A stretch of DNA of 64,000 bases from Octopus vulgaris (taxonomy: Eukaryota). The stretch lies in assembly GCA_951406725.2 (NCBI GenBank), contig OX597835.1:43028001-43092000 (forward strand). Direction: 5' to 3'. Below, in pieces: positions 1-13,510 of this stretch. Each line of letters opens with the position of its first letter. Positions within the stretch are counted from its first letter, which is position 1. Position numbers and translations under genes: made by a program. The notes beneath the pieces were generated by a model, which was not told the DNA's origin, made no database searches, and was given only the letters and a program-made list of their open reading frames with translations.

Positions 1-566
<566 letters not shown>

Positions 567-689
567 CTGAGAGGAAGTTTTAAAAATGTCAACTGTTGTT
601 ACGATATATCTCTCATTCTATGTAGAACAACTGGAATCTTGTAAATATGGAAGGATGGTCACACAATATGACTGTAAGGTGTGTATGGA

Positions 690-1770
690 AGCGGTATGGT
701 GATGGTGATGGTGGTGGTGGTGGCGATGGCGACGGTGGTCGTCGTCGTAGTGGTGGTGGTATGCTGGTGTGAGATTCCATGGTGACATAATGACGGATGG
801 TGAGAAATCTGGGAGTCTTTGTGTGTGACGAGAACTGCCGGGGAAGAGCACGAGGTAGACGGTGGTTGAGAAGTGGCGGTATGGTTTGGTGGTGGAGGGC
901 TTGGTGATGAGGTGTGGTGGGTGGTATGGTCTGACGAAGAGGTGTGGTGGTTTGATGGTGAGACGTGGTGGTATAATGTATAATGGTATGGTCTGATGAC
1001 AAGTAGTTGTGGATGGTATGGTATGATGAGGAGGCATGATGGATGGTATGCTGTGATGGTTCAGCATAAATGTAAGGTGTGGCAGATGGCAAGGTATGAA
1101 GAGCAGTGGATGGTATTGGATGGTATGGGTATGGTATGCTATAATGGTGAGATGTAGTGGATAGTGTGATGTGATGGTGAAGTGTGGAGAATGGTATGGC
1201 ATTACAGTATGTTGTTATTGTACAATGTGGACATGAGGTACAGTGGTTGTATGACGTGTGTGAGTTGTAGTAAATGGTATGGTGTAAGGTGGAGTGTGGC
1301 AGATGGTATAGCTTGATGGTGAGGTACAGTGATGGTATGGAGTGATGGTATGATGTGAGGATGAGCTGTAGTGGATAGAATAGAGTGGATGGTATATGAT
1401 GGAGAAGTATAATGAATGGTATGGTGAGATGGTACGGTGTGAAGGTGAGGAGTGGTGGATGGTATAGTTTGATGATAAGGCACAATGAATGGTATGGAGT
1501 GGTGGTATGATGTGAGGATGAGGGGAAGTGGCTGATTTGATATGATGGTAAGGTATAATGGTGAGGTATAGTCAATGGTATTCTGTGATGGTGAGGCCTT
1601 TTATTATGGTTTTATGACACGGTGATGGTAACATGAGGTGGTAAGATCTGATGGTATGGATGTGGAAGAAAGGTGGAACAGTAGCCTGATGGTATGGCTA
1701 ACACGAGGTATAGCATGATGGTATGATGGTATACCATGGTGATATTTATGCTGATGGCATGGTATTAGGG
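690..1770. repeat. Degenerate TGG/GATGGTAT low-complexity tract
   Basis: Recurrent gatggtatg/tggtg words; source of the His/Thr/Pro-rich minus-strand ORFs. Confidence 0.8.
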
Positions 1771-1810
1771 CAGCTGTGTTATTTGGAGAAGAGAAACAAA
1801 CAAAACTCAC

Positions 1811-1942
1811 CTCTGTGTCGCCGCCGATGTATCCAAGAACGGTCAGTAAAATAGAGAGTTGACAGCAGAAGCGGAGTCGGTAGTGATGGGTTTGTCCTTT
1901 CTTTTCCAGCTGCAGGAATGTCTCCAAGAATTACGAGTGACT
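1811..1942 (-). other. Candidate exon (CpG-rich unique sequence ending at a GAG|GTGAG donor)
   Basis: Plus-strand ctcac at 1806-1810 is a minus-strand donor; possible acceptors at 1943 or 1911; product not recognised, and a plus-strand acceptor at about 1909 is an alternative reading. Confidence 0.25.
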
Positions 1943-2767
1943 CTGATTATTCCATGTGAAATGTATGTTAAGTTTATTATAGCATGCTGGGTACAAGTGT
2001 ATATGATTATGTATTATCAGTGAAGAAACAGAGCGAGAGAATGAGAGAATGAGAGAAAAATAAGAGAGAATAGGAGAGAAAACGAAAGAGAATGAAAGAG
2101 AATGAAAGAAGAAGAAGAGGGTGAGGGTGGGAGATACGGTTGTGAGTATTTACATCAAGTTACGTATCCACGATGTGCATGTGTGTGCATGTAGAGATCT
2201 GAACGTGTGCGTATATACACTTATATATAAATATACATACGGACGTATGTATATCAGTATGGAGATAGTGTTAGATAGAGAGAAAGAGAGAGAGGAAGGG
2301 AGAGTAAGAAAGAGAGAGGAAAGGAGAGTAAGAGAGAGAGAGAAGGAGAGAGGGTGAGATGCTATGGATATGTGAACGTGTGAATACAACGAAGAGTTGA
2401 AAATTCTGTCGAGTGCTTACAAGCACGCATGATCGTACATACACGCGCACGCGCAAATATATTATTATTATTATTATTATTGTACAACAGATGATTGGTT
2501 TCGATGATATATCGAAGCTATCGATGTGATTATTGGTTTGTAATTCACATAAAACGTGAAGCAACGACAGCAGCAATAGAGAGACTCTTGCAACGACGTC
2601 TCTCTCTCTCTCTCTAACACGACCAGATTCTGTCAAAGAATAAAGCGTGTGTGTGTGTGTGGAAGAGGAGAGAAAAGATACGACAGAGGATGGGATGAAG
2701 AAGATGCGAACGTTCAATACATTAACCACTCACATGTGCGTCGCAATAAACATGCACACACGCAATT

Positions 2768-3062
2768 ATCTGTCTCTCCTGCCCGCCTCCCGATCGCTCT
2801 GCCTGTCTCTCTGTCGCTCTGCCTGTCTCTCTGTCGCTCTGTTTGTCTCTCTATCTCTATCTATTGTCTCTCAATCTGTCTCTGTCTTTTTATATTCACC
2901 TCTCTTTCTCTCACTCTCTCTCTCTGTCACTCTGTCTGTCTCTCTGTCTCTATCTTTCCTATTGTCTCTCAATCTGTCTCTCTCTTTTTACATTTACCTC
3001 TCTTTCTCTTACTCTCTCTCTCTCTCTCTCTCTCTATCGCTCTAGCTGTCTTTCTTTCTTTT
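2768..3062. repeat. (CT)/(CTGT)-rich polypyrimidine tract
   Basis: Direct reading. Confidence 0.9.
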
Positions 3063-3358
3063 ATCCTCTCAAGAGCACAGCCAAACGTTTGGCTTTATGC
3101 AAAACAAACAACTTCTAAAATGACCATTAAAAAAAATCTCATTAAAAAAAAATAATAAACGAAACTCACATAGGTATATCTGGAAAATATGGTCTTACTG
3201 GTTCCGTTCAAAAGATTTTATATGATTCCTTTGAGGAAAATATCACCTGACTCTAATCGGAAAGGTTCCAATATTAAAATTACCGTCTGATCGAGAATAA
3301 ACATTAATTATGACCGTCGAGAAAAGGTTATTTTATTAATAATAAACATAACAATAAC

Positions 3359-3397
<39 letters not shown>

Positions 3398-3744
3398 AGA
3401 CACTAAGCTCTACAAATATTACTACTACGATAACTACTACTATTAATATTACTCAGAATATTATTATTATTATTATTATTACTGCTATTGCTGCTGCTTA
3501 TTGTGAGGAACGGTGTTATATTGGTATGGCTGGTTCGTTTCGAAGGAGATTATTATTATTATCATTATTATTATTATTGTTGTTGTTATTATTATTATTA
3601 TAACAGAGGGACAGTAACACAAGTGGTAAATCTACACGGGGAACATTCCAGGCTGCGTTTATTCATTGTGACGGGAAAAATAGAAAACGGGGAATGGGAG
3701 GAAGGAAACGAGTACGATTGAACTGTAACCGGAAACAAGGTGAA

Positions 3745-4852
3745 TGGAAGGAAAGTGAAAGAGAAAGTGAAAGTAGAACTAGAGTGATAGAGAGGAGGAG
3801 GCGAGAGTAAAAGAGAGAGAGAGAGAGATAAGAAATATGCAGAGTGAGGGAGTTGGGGAGAATGAGAGACAGATAGATAAAGGGGACGAGATCGAGTGAG
3901 TGAGTGAAAGTAAGAGAGAGAGAGAGAGAGAGAGAGATTAGGAAGGGAGCGAAAGTGAGTGAAAGCGAGAGACAGATAGACATTGAGTGAGGGAAAAAGA
4001 AAACAATAGACAAAGTGAGCGAGAGTGAGTGAGGGAAGAAAATAGAGAGTGAGAGGGGGAAGCGAAAAAGAGAGTGAGCGAGGGAGGAAGAAAGAATGAG
4101 AGAATCAGACAAAGTGAGTGAGTGAGTGTGAGTAGAGGAGTGACAGACAGAATTACTTGAATGAGGGAGAGAGAGAGAGAGAAAAAGAAAGGTAGTTAGA
4201 AAGACAGACAGAATGAGAGCGGGAGTGAAGAGAAGGATGGAGACAGAGAAAAACAGACAGCAAAAGGGAGCGAGAGAGAGAGAGAGAGAGAGAGAGAGTA
4301 ACAAAGATTGATAAAGAGAAAGGGATAGAGAGCGAGCGAGAGAGAAAAACAAAAAGAGAGAAAGTAATAGGAGATAGAAAGAGAAAGAGAAACAAAGGGA
4401 GAGAGAGAAAAAGAGAGATAAAGGGAGCGAGAGAGAAACATAAAGAGAAAGATAAAAAGAGAAAGAGAGGGAGACAGAGAGAGACTGAAATAAAGAGAGA
4501 AAGGGAGAAGAAGAGAGAAATATACAGGGAGCTAGGAAGAGAAAGCGAAACAAAGGGAGAGAGAGAAATAGAGATAAAGGGAGAGAGAGAGAGAGACATA
4601 AAGAGAAAGATAAAGGGAGCTAGAAAGAGAAAGAATAACAGACAAAGGGAGACAGAAAAAGAGAGGGAGCGAGAGAGAGAGAGAGAGAGAGACTGAAATA
4701 AAGAGAGAAAGGGAGCAGAAGAGAGAAATATACAGGGGACTAGGAAGAGAAAGAGAAACAAAGGGAGAGAGAGAGAGGAAAAGGTGATAAAAGGAGGAGC
4801 GAGAAGTGAGAGAGTGAGTGAGAGAGTGAGTGAGAGAGTGAGTGAGAGTGAG
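3745..4852. repeat. (GA)/(GAGT)-rich polypurine tract with internal duplication
   Basis: Direct reading; an approximately 85-bp unit occurs at 4483 and 4691. Confidence 0.9.
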
Positions 4853-5117
4853 ATTTATAAAGAATGTGTATAAGAAGCAATAATTAGCATGTCGGTCGAT
4901 GATATGTTGGCTTGTCTGAATAAACGACGGTTTTTCTTGCAATATTATTGATCTGAGAAAAAAGAGAAACTCTTTCGTCGTCGTTCGCACTTTCTCGCTT
5001 TACCTCGGTGGATTTTTGAGTAGTTTGGCTTTTTATTAGTGTTTGTTTTGTTAGTGTTTTGTTTCGATTTTTGTTTTTCTTTCTGCGCTCCCACATCGCA
5101 TTTAGATTGTTCTCCCT

Positions 5118-5509
5118 ACACACACACACACACACATGCGCACGAATACATACATACATACATACATACATACACACATACATACATACATACATACATA
5201 TACACACATATATGTACATATATATATACACACATACATACACACATATATATACAGATACATACATAAATACACGCCTGTATGTATGTATGTATGTATG
5301 TATGTATGTATGTATGTATGTATGTATGTATGTATGTATGTATGTATGTATGTATGTATGTATGTATGTATGTATGTATGTATGTATGTATGTATGTATG
5401 TATGTATTTATGTTTGTATGTATGTATGTATGTATGATGTACGTATGTACGTATGCATGTGTGTGTGTGTGTGTGTGAATGTAGGAGTATACATGTGTGA
5501 ACATGTGCG

Positions 5510-5594
<85 letters not shown>

Positions 5595-5595
5595 T
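5118..5595. repeat. (CA)n,(TACA)n / (TATG)n,(TG)n / (GATA)n microsatellite block
   Basis: Direct reading. Confidence 0.95.
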
Positions 5596-5698
5596 CGTCC
5601 TATTAAGTCATGTGTAATCCTGTATGAACTTCAAATAGATGTACATTAATCATATATGGAGACCCTCTCCCGCCCGTTTGATTCTTGCGTGTGAGATG

Positions 5699-5731
<33 letters not shown>

Positions 5732-6513
5732 CTGTGTGTGTGTGTTGGAAACAGGACAGTGAGTCATGCGAATAATATTTTTCACTTTGTCGTGAAGAAT
5801 GCCTCCCTCTGCTGTTAGGGAGACAACAGGGCTCTGTTGAATTTAGGGATCAGGGAAACTGTAGGATGCAAAAAAAAAGGGGGTGGAAATGAGGGAGAGT
5901 GTTGTAATTTATCGAATCCTTTGCTTTAGGTTCGAACTGACAACATAATGAGGTCACATCAAGTTTCTTACTAGTTGACATTACGTATATCTAAATAGGA
6001 ATTGTGTTAGTTTACATTGTGCACGGCTGGTGAGAAGAGGATCGTGGGTTTTCCTTGTACAGTTAGACATTCGCTAACAGACCGTGACTATCGTCAAGGA
6101 CATCTTAACACTGTTATTATAAGCTACCTTTCCGGGACGAAATACCAAATCAGCTATCATGTCAGTTTACTGTTACAGCTGGTTTGTGTGAGGGTGAGGG
6201 CTATCGGGTTTCCCCAGTTAACATTTATTAACATCAGGCCTTGAATGTTCGTGTGATAGGCCATGTCGCCAGGGTCCGTCTTAACACCATTATAAGCTAA
6301 TCTTCGGGGGTCTCTTAGGAGCCTATAGTATTAATTTAACTTTTTGCCTGTCCAAAGTATTTTCATAAGTTGGTATTAAATGTCCGTGCTTGTTTTCAAA
6401 CTTTTAGTTAGCCCTCGTCTCGTACGTTCTGGGTGATATAAAGGTTTCTTTTCCTTGGTCCTGAGTTAATCTGGAAGTTCAAAAGAGTTGGGTGAAAAGA
6501 GTTGTATCATACA

Positions 6514-6600
<87 letters not shown>

Positions 6601-6605
<5 letters not shown>

Positions 6606-6961
6606 GATGAGGAGTTTAAGTCAAGGTAATCCCAACTAATAGGAATGCAGTGTGAGTGTGCCAATTGACAAACCACTAGGGTCCCGGTTCAAACAGGAGT
6701 TGGAGTTATGGTACCATAAATGTCCAGATGGGAGCGAACTGGCTATCAGCAGCTTACCTTTGTGTCAGTAGGTATGAGTGAAAGAAGAGGAAAAAAATTA
6801 ATCAAGGTAGGACTATGGCATTTAAACTTAGTTTAGTTCAATTTAAAGGAGTCAATGCTAATGCAATGTAGATAGAACTAATAGATGCAGTCTCTTACAG
6901 CTGTTTCTGGGGTATCCCAGGTGCTCGATCATCATATTGATCCAGGGTTCCATACACTGGG
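6601..6961 (-). mobile_element. Penelope-like terminal repeat fragment, same family as 19573-19956, abutting (TA)n
   Basis: About 360 bp nearly identical to 19573-19937; carries the GAAAC-AGCT-GUA half of a hammerhead and is truncated before the core. Confidence 0.7.
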
Positions 6962-7233
6962 TATGTACAAATCATTTGTACACATCATATTTATACATAG
7001 AGTGATATACACATTATCACAATGTACTATACACAGATTAATATATACACATCACATATAGATATACATTAATCCTTTGCCTGTCCAAAGCATTTTCATA
7101 AGACTGCCCCAAATATCCATGCTTCTCTTCATACTTCGAGTTAGCAGTTGTTTCATACTTTTCGAGTACTACAAGGCTTTCCTTACATAAGTCTCGAATT
7201 ACTCAGGGGAAAATATTAGAGATGCGTATCATA

Positions 7234-7460
7234 GGATCTTTTCCTTTTGAAGGCCAGATTTCAACACAATTTCTAGTTAACTAAACACTTTAAAACTTCG
7301 TATACTGGTAGAATGTGTCAAAAGAAAACATTATTTTCACTTGGCTTTCTTGATAAAATTGTAATTCGTTTGTTTAACGTAGTTTAATTTTTCGAATTTT
7401 AATCAATGAATCGCCTCCATTTGAACTGAAATCATTTGCTGCGTCTAAAAACTGAGACAA
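7234..7460 (+). mobile_element. Diverged, truncated copy of the GGATCTTTTC MITE family
   Basis: Begins ggatcttttc and shares taactaaacact..aaacttcgtatactggtagaatgtg with the 11977 and 13812 copies. Confidence 0.75.
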
Positions 7461-8169
7461 CATATTGATGCATGGACACCAGGGAAATATATCCTGTGTA
7501 TCGCATGTAACAAATAAACTACGGTAAACATATATGAGCAATGGGCCCCAGGTCTAGCCCGTGGGCCTTAAGGATTTTGCCCTGTATGTCCATGCTTTAA
7601 GGCACAGCATATAGGAATTGTAACAGACATTCGTTTTAAATAGAAATTGTTATGTTCCCAGTCAGGCAATAAGTAGGATAAGCTTAAATAGTTTTGACAC
7701 ATCTTTGAGAAGTGTGAAAAGTTTTTAGTAACATGAGAGGGAAATACGAAGTTATGGCGTCCAACTACATCAATTATGTAAGTGAGGTGAAGTAATTATA
7801 ATATGGAGTTCTGCCTCTAAAGTTGCAAATGAAAGAAAATCTGCTGCAGTCACTCCATGGTTTATTTATAGTTTTATCTTCAAATTTCATCGACTTTTGA
7901 AAAGCTTCACACACATTCATATATATCTTTGAAATGCGTATATATTTAGATGGATGCGTATATATGTGTGTATCTATATAAATATATATAATATATTATA
8001 TATATATATATAATTTTACAAACCAATTTTAATTGGTTTATATATGTGTGTGTATTAGATATATATATTACTTATTACTTATTATATATTGTTTATTCAT
8101 TTTTTTACTTTTTGTGATCTAGTTATATGTTTTAAAATAAATTTTATTTTATATTCAAAACCCTTATTG

Positions 8170-8201
<32 letters not shown>

Positions 8202-8816
8202 GTCAGACGTCGGGTACAGGACGTCGCCAACGGTTCAAACATCATGAAACGAGTTAAATACGTAAACAACGAGAAAAAATGGAAAACAAGACAAGTAAAC
8301 AGAGAGAAAGGATCCTTCATCAGTTATCAGCTGTCTATCTTCTCCTCATTTCGAGCATTCAGCGACAATATGAGTCTTCAAAGACAGTTTCTCCCATACA
8401 TTCTAAAATAAAATTTTGGATTTATGGCTGGTTAAAGTTGGGAACAAAAACAGGACAGTGGAATCATACAAGGAAACCAAACGAACACAAACATGGAGGG
8501 TTGTTAGACCGGGACGAGAGGAAAATAGTGAACGCTGTAAGAAACATTTTTTTAAGAGAAAAGATAGAAGAGAGAGAAAAAAAAACGTTCGTGCAAGAAT
8601 AGAAAGCTGGTCACATGAGGAAAAGAAAGATGGACGATGGTCACGTGTAAGCAATCAGAGAGAGGGAGATAGATAGAAAACGGTGAAGAAGGGAGGGGAA
8701 AGGGAATTAGAGAAGGATGAAGGGAGAAAAGAGTATAGAGAAGAGAGTCGCATCAAAAGGGTGATGACAAACTTACTTGGAAATTGGATATGTGGCGTTC
8801 AATTAAACAACAAATA

Positions 8817-8892
<76 letters not shown>

Positions 8893-8909
8893 ACGTGTGT
8901 GTGCGCGCG

Positions 8910-9340
8910 TGTGACTGGTAGAGCGGAAATTGCGCGAGACCGGGATGTCATTTCCGAGTCTGATGTCTTGGAGGTGCTCCACGAACGTCAGCCAAGCGGC
9001 ATCCCGTTTGGCCGATGTACAGGGAAGGGCAGAAAGAGCAGGAGATGCAGTAAGTGACGTTACTAGAAGTGCAGGTAAAGAAGTCGGTGATGTGATAGGA
9101 ACGACAATGGGTGCCTGTGAGGATGGTGGTGTTGGAGAGTTAAAGGCAAGTGCGGCAGCGTGGGTGAGAACGAGTTAGACTGAGAGGTGGGCTGGGGAAG
9201 AAATTGTGGACCAGGAGGTCACGCAGGTTATGGGCACATTTGAATGACTTAAGGGGTAGGTTGGGAAAGATGTGCGAGGTGGAGGGGTCGGACTGGAGTC
9301 GCCGGAAGGCTCGGAGAATAAAGTGTTGAGGAGGGGCAGA
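8910..9340 (-). mobile_element. Penelope-like element ORF remnant (linker + GIY-YIG endonuclease), frameshifted
   Basis: Minus-strand translation gives HIFPNLPLKSFKCAHNLRDLLVH ... RCRTC ... FTCTSSNVTYCISC ... LYIGQTGCRLAD ... EHLQDI, typical of the PLE GIY-YIG region. Confidence 0.85.
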
Positions 9341-9642
9341 TATATATCCGTTTTTGTCCGGAACTATGGAATACCATCAGGAATTCGTCCGCCATATTCA
9401 GGTCCTGTACAAAGCACTACAGAGAAAGGAGAAATACTTCGTCGTCGACATAAATGGATAGTATTTGTATTGATCCCCTTATTAAGAAAGCTATCGTCGA
9501 ACCCGATTCCGCATCATCATCATCGTCGACTCCTCACCAAACCGACGCTGTTTCTTCAACGCTTCCCACAAGTACCTCAACGTCTTCACAGCAAACACGT
9601 ACAAGAAGCGGGCAAAGAGTCCGCTCACCAGCAAAATACGTA

Positions 9643-10037
9643 TACTTTCTTTTACTTGTTTCAGTCATTTGACTGAGGCCATGCTGGAGCACCGCCTTTT
9701 AATCGAGCAACTCGACCCCGGGACTTATTCTTTGTAAGCCTAGTACTTATTCTATCGGTCACTTTTGCTGAACCGCTAAGTGACGGGGACATAAGCACAC
9801 CAGCATCGGTTGTCAAGCAATGCTAGGGGGACAAACACAGACACACAAACACACACACACATATATATACATATATACGACGGGCTTCTTTCAGTTTCCG
9901 TCTACCAAATCCACTCACAAGGCATTGGTCTGCCCGAGGCTATAGTAGAAGACACTTGCCCAAGGTGTCACGCAGTGGGACCGAACCCGGAACCATGTGG
10001 TTGGTAAGCAAGCTACTTACCACACAGCCACTCCTGC
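9643..10037 (-). mobile_element. tRNA-headed SINE family A (full length)
   Basis: A box TGGCTGTGTGG, B box GGTTCGGTCC, internal TA/TG microsatellite, TAAAAGA tail; about 20 copies or fragments in the window. Confidence 0.9.
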
Positions 10038-11371
10038 GCGTATAAGTACTCTATTTAAACAAAATTCCAGGCGAGTGATTTACAGGCACCAATGCTTCAA
10101 TCTCTACGCAAACACCCACAAGGCTTTTATTTTTTCAATGAACTTCACAAACACTCTACCTTCAACATTTACATTGTCCTAATTCGATTTCCTCTTTGTT
10201 ATATTAAATTACAATTGATTCTGCTTGCATCAGACTGTAACAGACTGAACATTTATTCACGAATTGAACATTTCTTTGCCTACTTTCTTATTTTTATTCA
10301 CATTTTGCACTTCCACTTTCTTTCAATCACATTGTTGCATGTTGCATTTTGCATGTACTTTTATCGTTCACTTTGGAAATGTCTGTCTTGTTACGCACAT
10401 GCATGCACCTTTCCTCAGCCTTTCCTGGCCTTGCGCACGCATTTGCACGCATACACCACGATATTTTGCCTCAACTACCTTGTTTTCAACATGTCTGTAC
10501 TCAAACAGACTCCCTTCCCGACTCTACCTACGCCGGATGTCTCATGCTCTCTGCACCCTTGTTAGACATGGCTTCCCTCAGTTAGACCCCTGTTTGGTCA
10601 CGTAAGAAACGGAGACAGTAACCTGTCTTGCGCAACACACCTATATGTCACGCTGGTCGTTTCGTGCTATCACAGCAAGTTCCCACCAAAAAAAATGTAT
10701 GGTATATTAAGGATTGAGCATACACTCACTCGCCCCGCTGAGCTTATTTTACAACAAATTTCGATATGTGCCCCTGCATTCGTGTATTCGCCCTCACGCA
10801 CGAGCTATCTTATTCCCGCACAAGTCCAGTTGCTGACAGCACAATTTTGCGCGCAAAGCGACACCGCTATTTGGACCCATCCGAACTGTCTCGTAGACAC
10901 TTCAATGATCCTTTCTCCTGATATGCGAAAGTTTTCCTCAGCCATGCATTTCTTTTTCTTCCTAGATCATTCGTTTCTTTTTCTTGGAAGCTCTCTGGGG
11001 TGGGGGGGAAGTAATGTAGTGATTTCATTTGGGCATAGAGTAGATTCGAACCTAAATCGGCAAATTCCCCCTAACATTTCAACAGTTTTTTTTTTTTTTC
11101 TCACAGAAAACTGATCAACATTCGGAATCAATAACATGCTCTGAGTGATTTCTCCGGGTGTTTACGGTCTGAGTTCAAATTCTGTGAAGGTCAATCTTTT
11201 GATTCATCATTCACGAGTCAAAAACAAAAAAAAAAACAATCGATTACCGGGTCCATAGTATGGATGAACGCCTCTACTAAACTTTAGGCACTGTAGCTAT
11301 GCAAGAAACTTATTTTATCGAAAAATGAGTGTGTGTGTGTGTGTGTGTGTGTAGGTATGTATGCATGTATG

Positions 11372-11440
<69 letters not shown>

Positions 11441-11976
11441 TGATGGAAACAGGAAAAATAGAACTCAAAATATGTGTACGTGTACATTTTTATTAATATT
11501 TAGCTGAACAGTGCGACTCAACGTTCCAGAATTTCGTGCATTAGCAATATATATACATACAATATATGTTTTTATGTGCTACTGTTAGTTTCATGAGCTG
11601 AGATCAAGCCAAACAGTGTTTTATAAGACGTCTTGTATCCCAGCACAATCATCAGACACTACCCACATAGCATAATAAACTAAAAATGGGATGAGAGAAA
11701 AAGCGAGCAGTTTTGGAGGGAAAGCCGAGTCGATTAAATTGACCCCAGTACGCAACTGGTACATATTTTATCGATCTTGAAAGGATGAAAGGTAAAGTCG
11801 ATGTGGAGAAGGTACTTGCTCTAGGGGTCAGAGCAAGCGTAGTTTTGTTGGTCTCCACAAGTAACCCTAGGAAGTCTCCCTCTTTTGGGGAGTTTTTCAT
11901 TATAATATTTTATATCGTTACGTTTTTTTTTTTTTTCTTATTACAAGTTTTGATGGGCAAGTTTTGTTCTGTACCG

Positions 11977-12397
11977 GGATCTTTTCGGTTTGAACGGCAG
12001 TTTTTAACATAATTTCTAGGTAACTAAACACTTTTAAACTTCGTATACTGGTAGAATGTGTTTATAAAACATCTTTTTCTCTTGGCTTTATTGAGAAAAT
12101 TCTGTAGTTTGTAAGATATTTGTTGTTTTTTTCTTCAATTTCTGCAATTTCAACCAATCAATGACGTCCATTGAGGTAAACAACATTCTGTGCCGTGTGA
12201 ATATGTCCCTCGTTTAAGAAACAGATTGGGTTTATTTACATTTGTGAAGAAAAAAGATACCCTTCCCCCCACCCTTAATCCTAACCCTAACCCTAAAATA
12301 GATTGAAATGCAATAGATCGATACTAGGGTCATAATTATGAGTGACAATTTCATATGACACCGTTAGAAAAAACTGCCGTTCAAACCGAAAAGATTC
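11977..12397 (+). mobile_element. Non-autonomous DNA transposon (MITE), Merlin-like
   Basis: TIRs GGATCTTTTCGGTTTGAACGGCAG / CTGCCGTTCAAACCGAAAAGATTC; 8-bp TSD ctgt(a/g)ccg. Confidence 0.85.
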
Positions 12398-12467
12398 CTG
12401 TGCCGTTCCCAATGTTATTTTTGGTGAACCCTTAATGATTAATTAAGAAAACATTACTATTATCATT

Positions 12468-13510
12468 CAGGTGGCAAGATGGTAAAACCGTTAGCACGCC
12501 AGACAAAATGCTTACCAGCATTTCTATCCAGTTCTTTACATTCTGAGCTCAAATCACGCCGAGGCCATCTTTGCCTTTCATCCTTTTGGGGTCGTTAAAA
12601 TATAAGTAGCAGTCAAAAACTATGGCCGATAGTATCGACTAACACTCTCCCGTCAAAATTTCGGACGTTATGCCAAAATGAGAAACAGTTATTAAGGTGA
12701 CGAGTTAAGTCAGCGAGCTGGCAGAAACGTTAGCACGCCGGGCGAAATGCTTTGCGGTATTTCATCTGCCGCTACGTTCTGAGTTCAAATTCCGCCGAGG
12801 TCGACTCTGCCTTTCATGCTTTCGGGATCGATAAATTAAGCACCAGTTACGCACTGGAGTCGATATAATCGACTTAATCCGTGTGTGTCCTTGTTTGTCC
12901 TCTCTGTGTTTAGCCCCTTGTGGGTAGTAAAGAAATAGGTATTTCGTCTGTCTTTACGTTCTGAGTTCAAATTCCGCCGGGGTCGACTGTGCCTTTTATC
13001 CTTCTAGAGTCGATGAAATAAGAGTTCTAGCCAAGTACAGGGGGCGATAGTATATGTTTCTTTACTACCCACAAGGGGCTAAACACAGAGGGGACAAACA
13101 AGGACAGACAAACGAACTAAGTCGATTATATCGACGCCAGTGCGTAACTGGTACTTTATTTATCGACCCCGAAAGGATGAAAGGCAAAGTCGACCTCGGC
13201 GGAATTTGAACTCAGGTCGTAACGGCTACGCATTTCGCCGGGCGTGCTAACGTGTCTGCCAGACAGAACCTGCTGGCCTAATGTCTAAACTGAAATAATT
13301 AAAAGCAGCAAGCTATTAAAATCGTTACAGCATTGGAAAAAATGCCTTGTGGTGTTCGACCCAGCTCTTTATATTCAGAGTTCAAATCTCGCAGAGGTTA
13401 GTTATGCGTTTCGTCCCTACAGAGTCGATAAAATAAAATATTGAAGCACTGGGGTCGATGGATTCGACAAACAATCTCCTTCAAATTTGCTGGCCTTGTA
13501 CCTAGACTGG
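12468..13510. mobile_element. Cluster of about 5 copies of tRNA-headed SINE family D, one of them inverted (13053-13262)
   Basis: Repeated gagttcaaattccgccgaggtcgact..gcctttcatcc..ggggtcgataaa..taagtaccag core resembling the MetaSINE-type central domain. Confidence 0.8.

Noticed and set aside
613-1575. 320-aa His/Thr/Pro-rich ORF and overlapping ORFs
   Set aside because: Reverse strand of a TGG-rich low-complexity tract, open in several frames with no recognisable domain; the 620-880 end cannot be fully excluded as exonic
8305-8390. Minus-strand CTGATGA and GAAA words as a hammerhead
   Set aside because: No consistent stem II or NUH geometry; probably a PLE-derived fragment but the fold is unsupported
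9810-10007. Recurrent short ORFs such as MSSNARGTNTDT.. / ..DTCPRCHAVGLNPEPCGW
   Set aside because: Antisense translations of SINE family A; recurrence reflects repeat copy number
12272-12297. (CCCTAA)n as an interstitial telomere
   Set aside because: Only 2-3 units and part of the MITE in both copies
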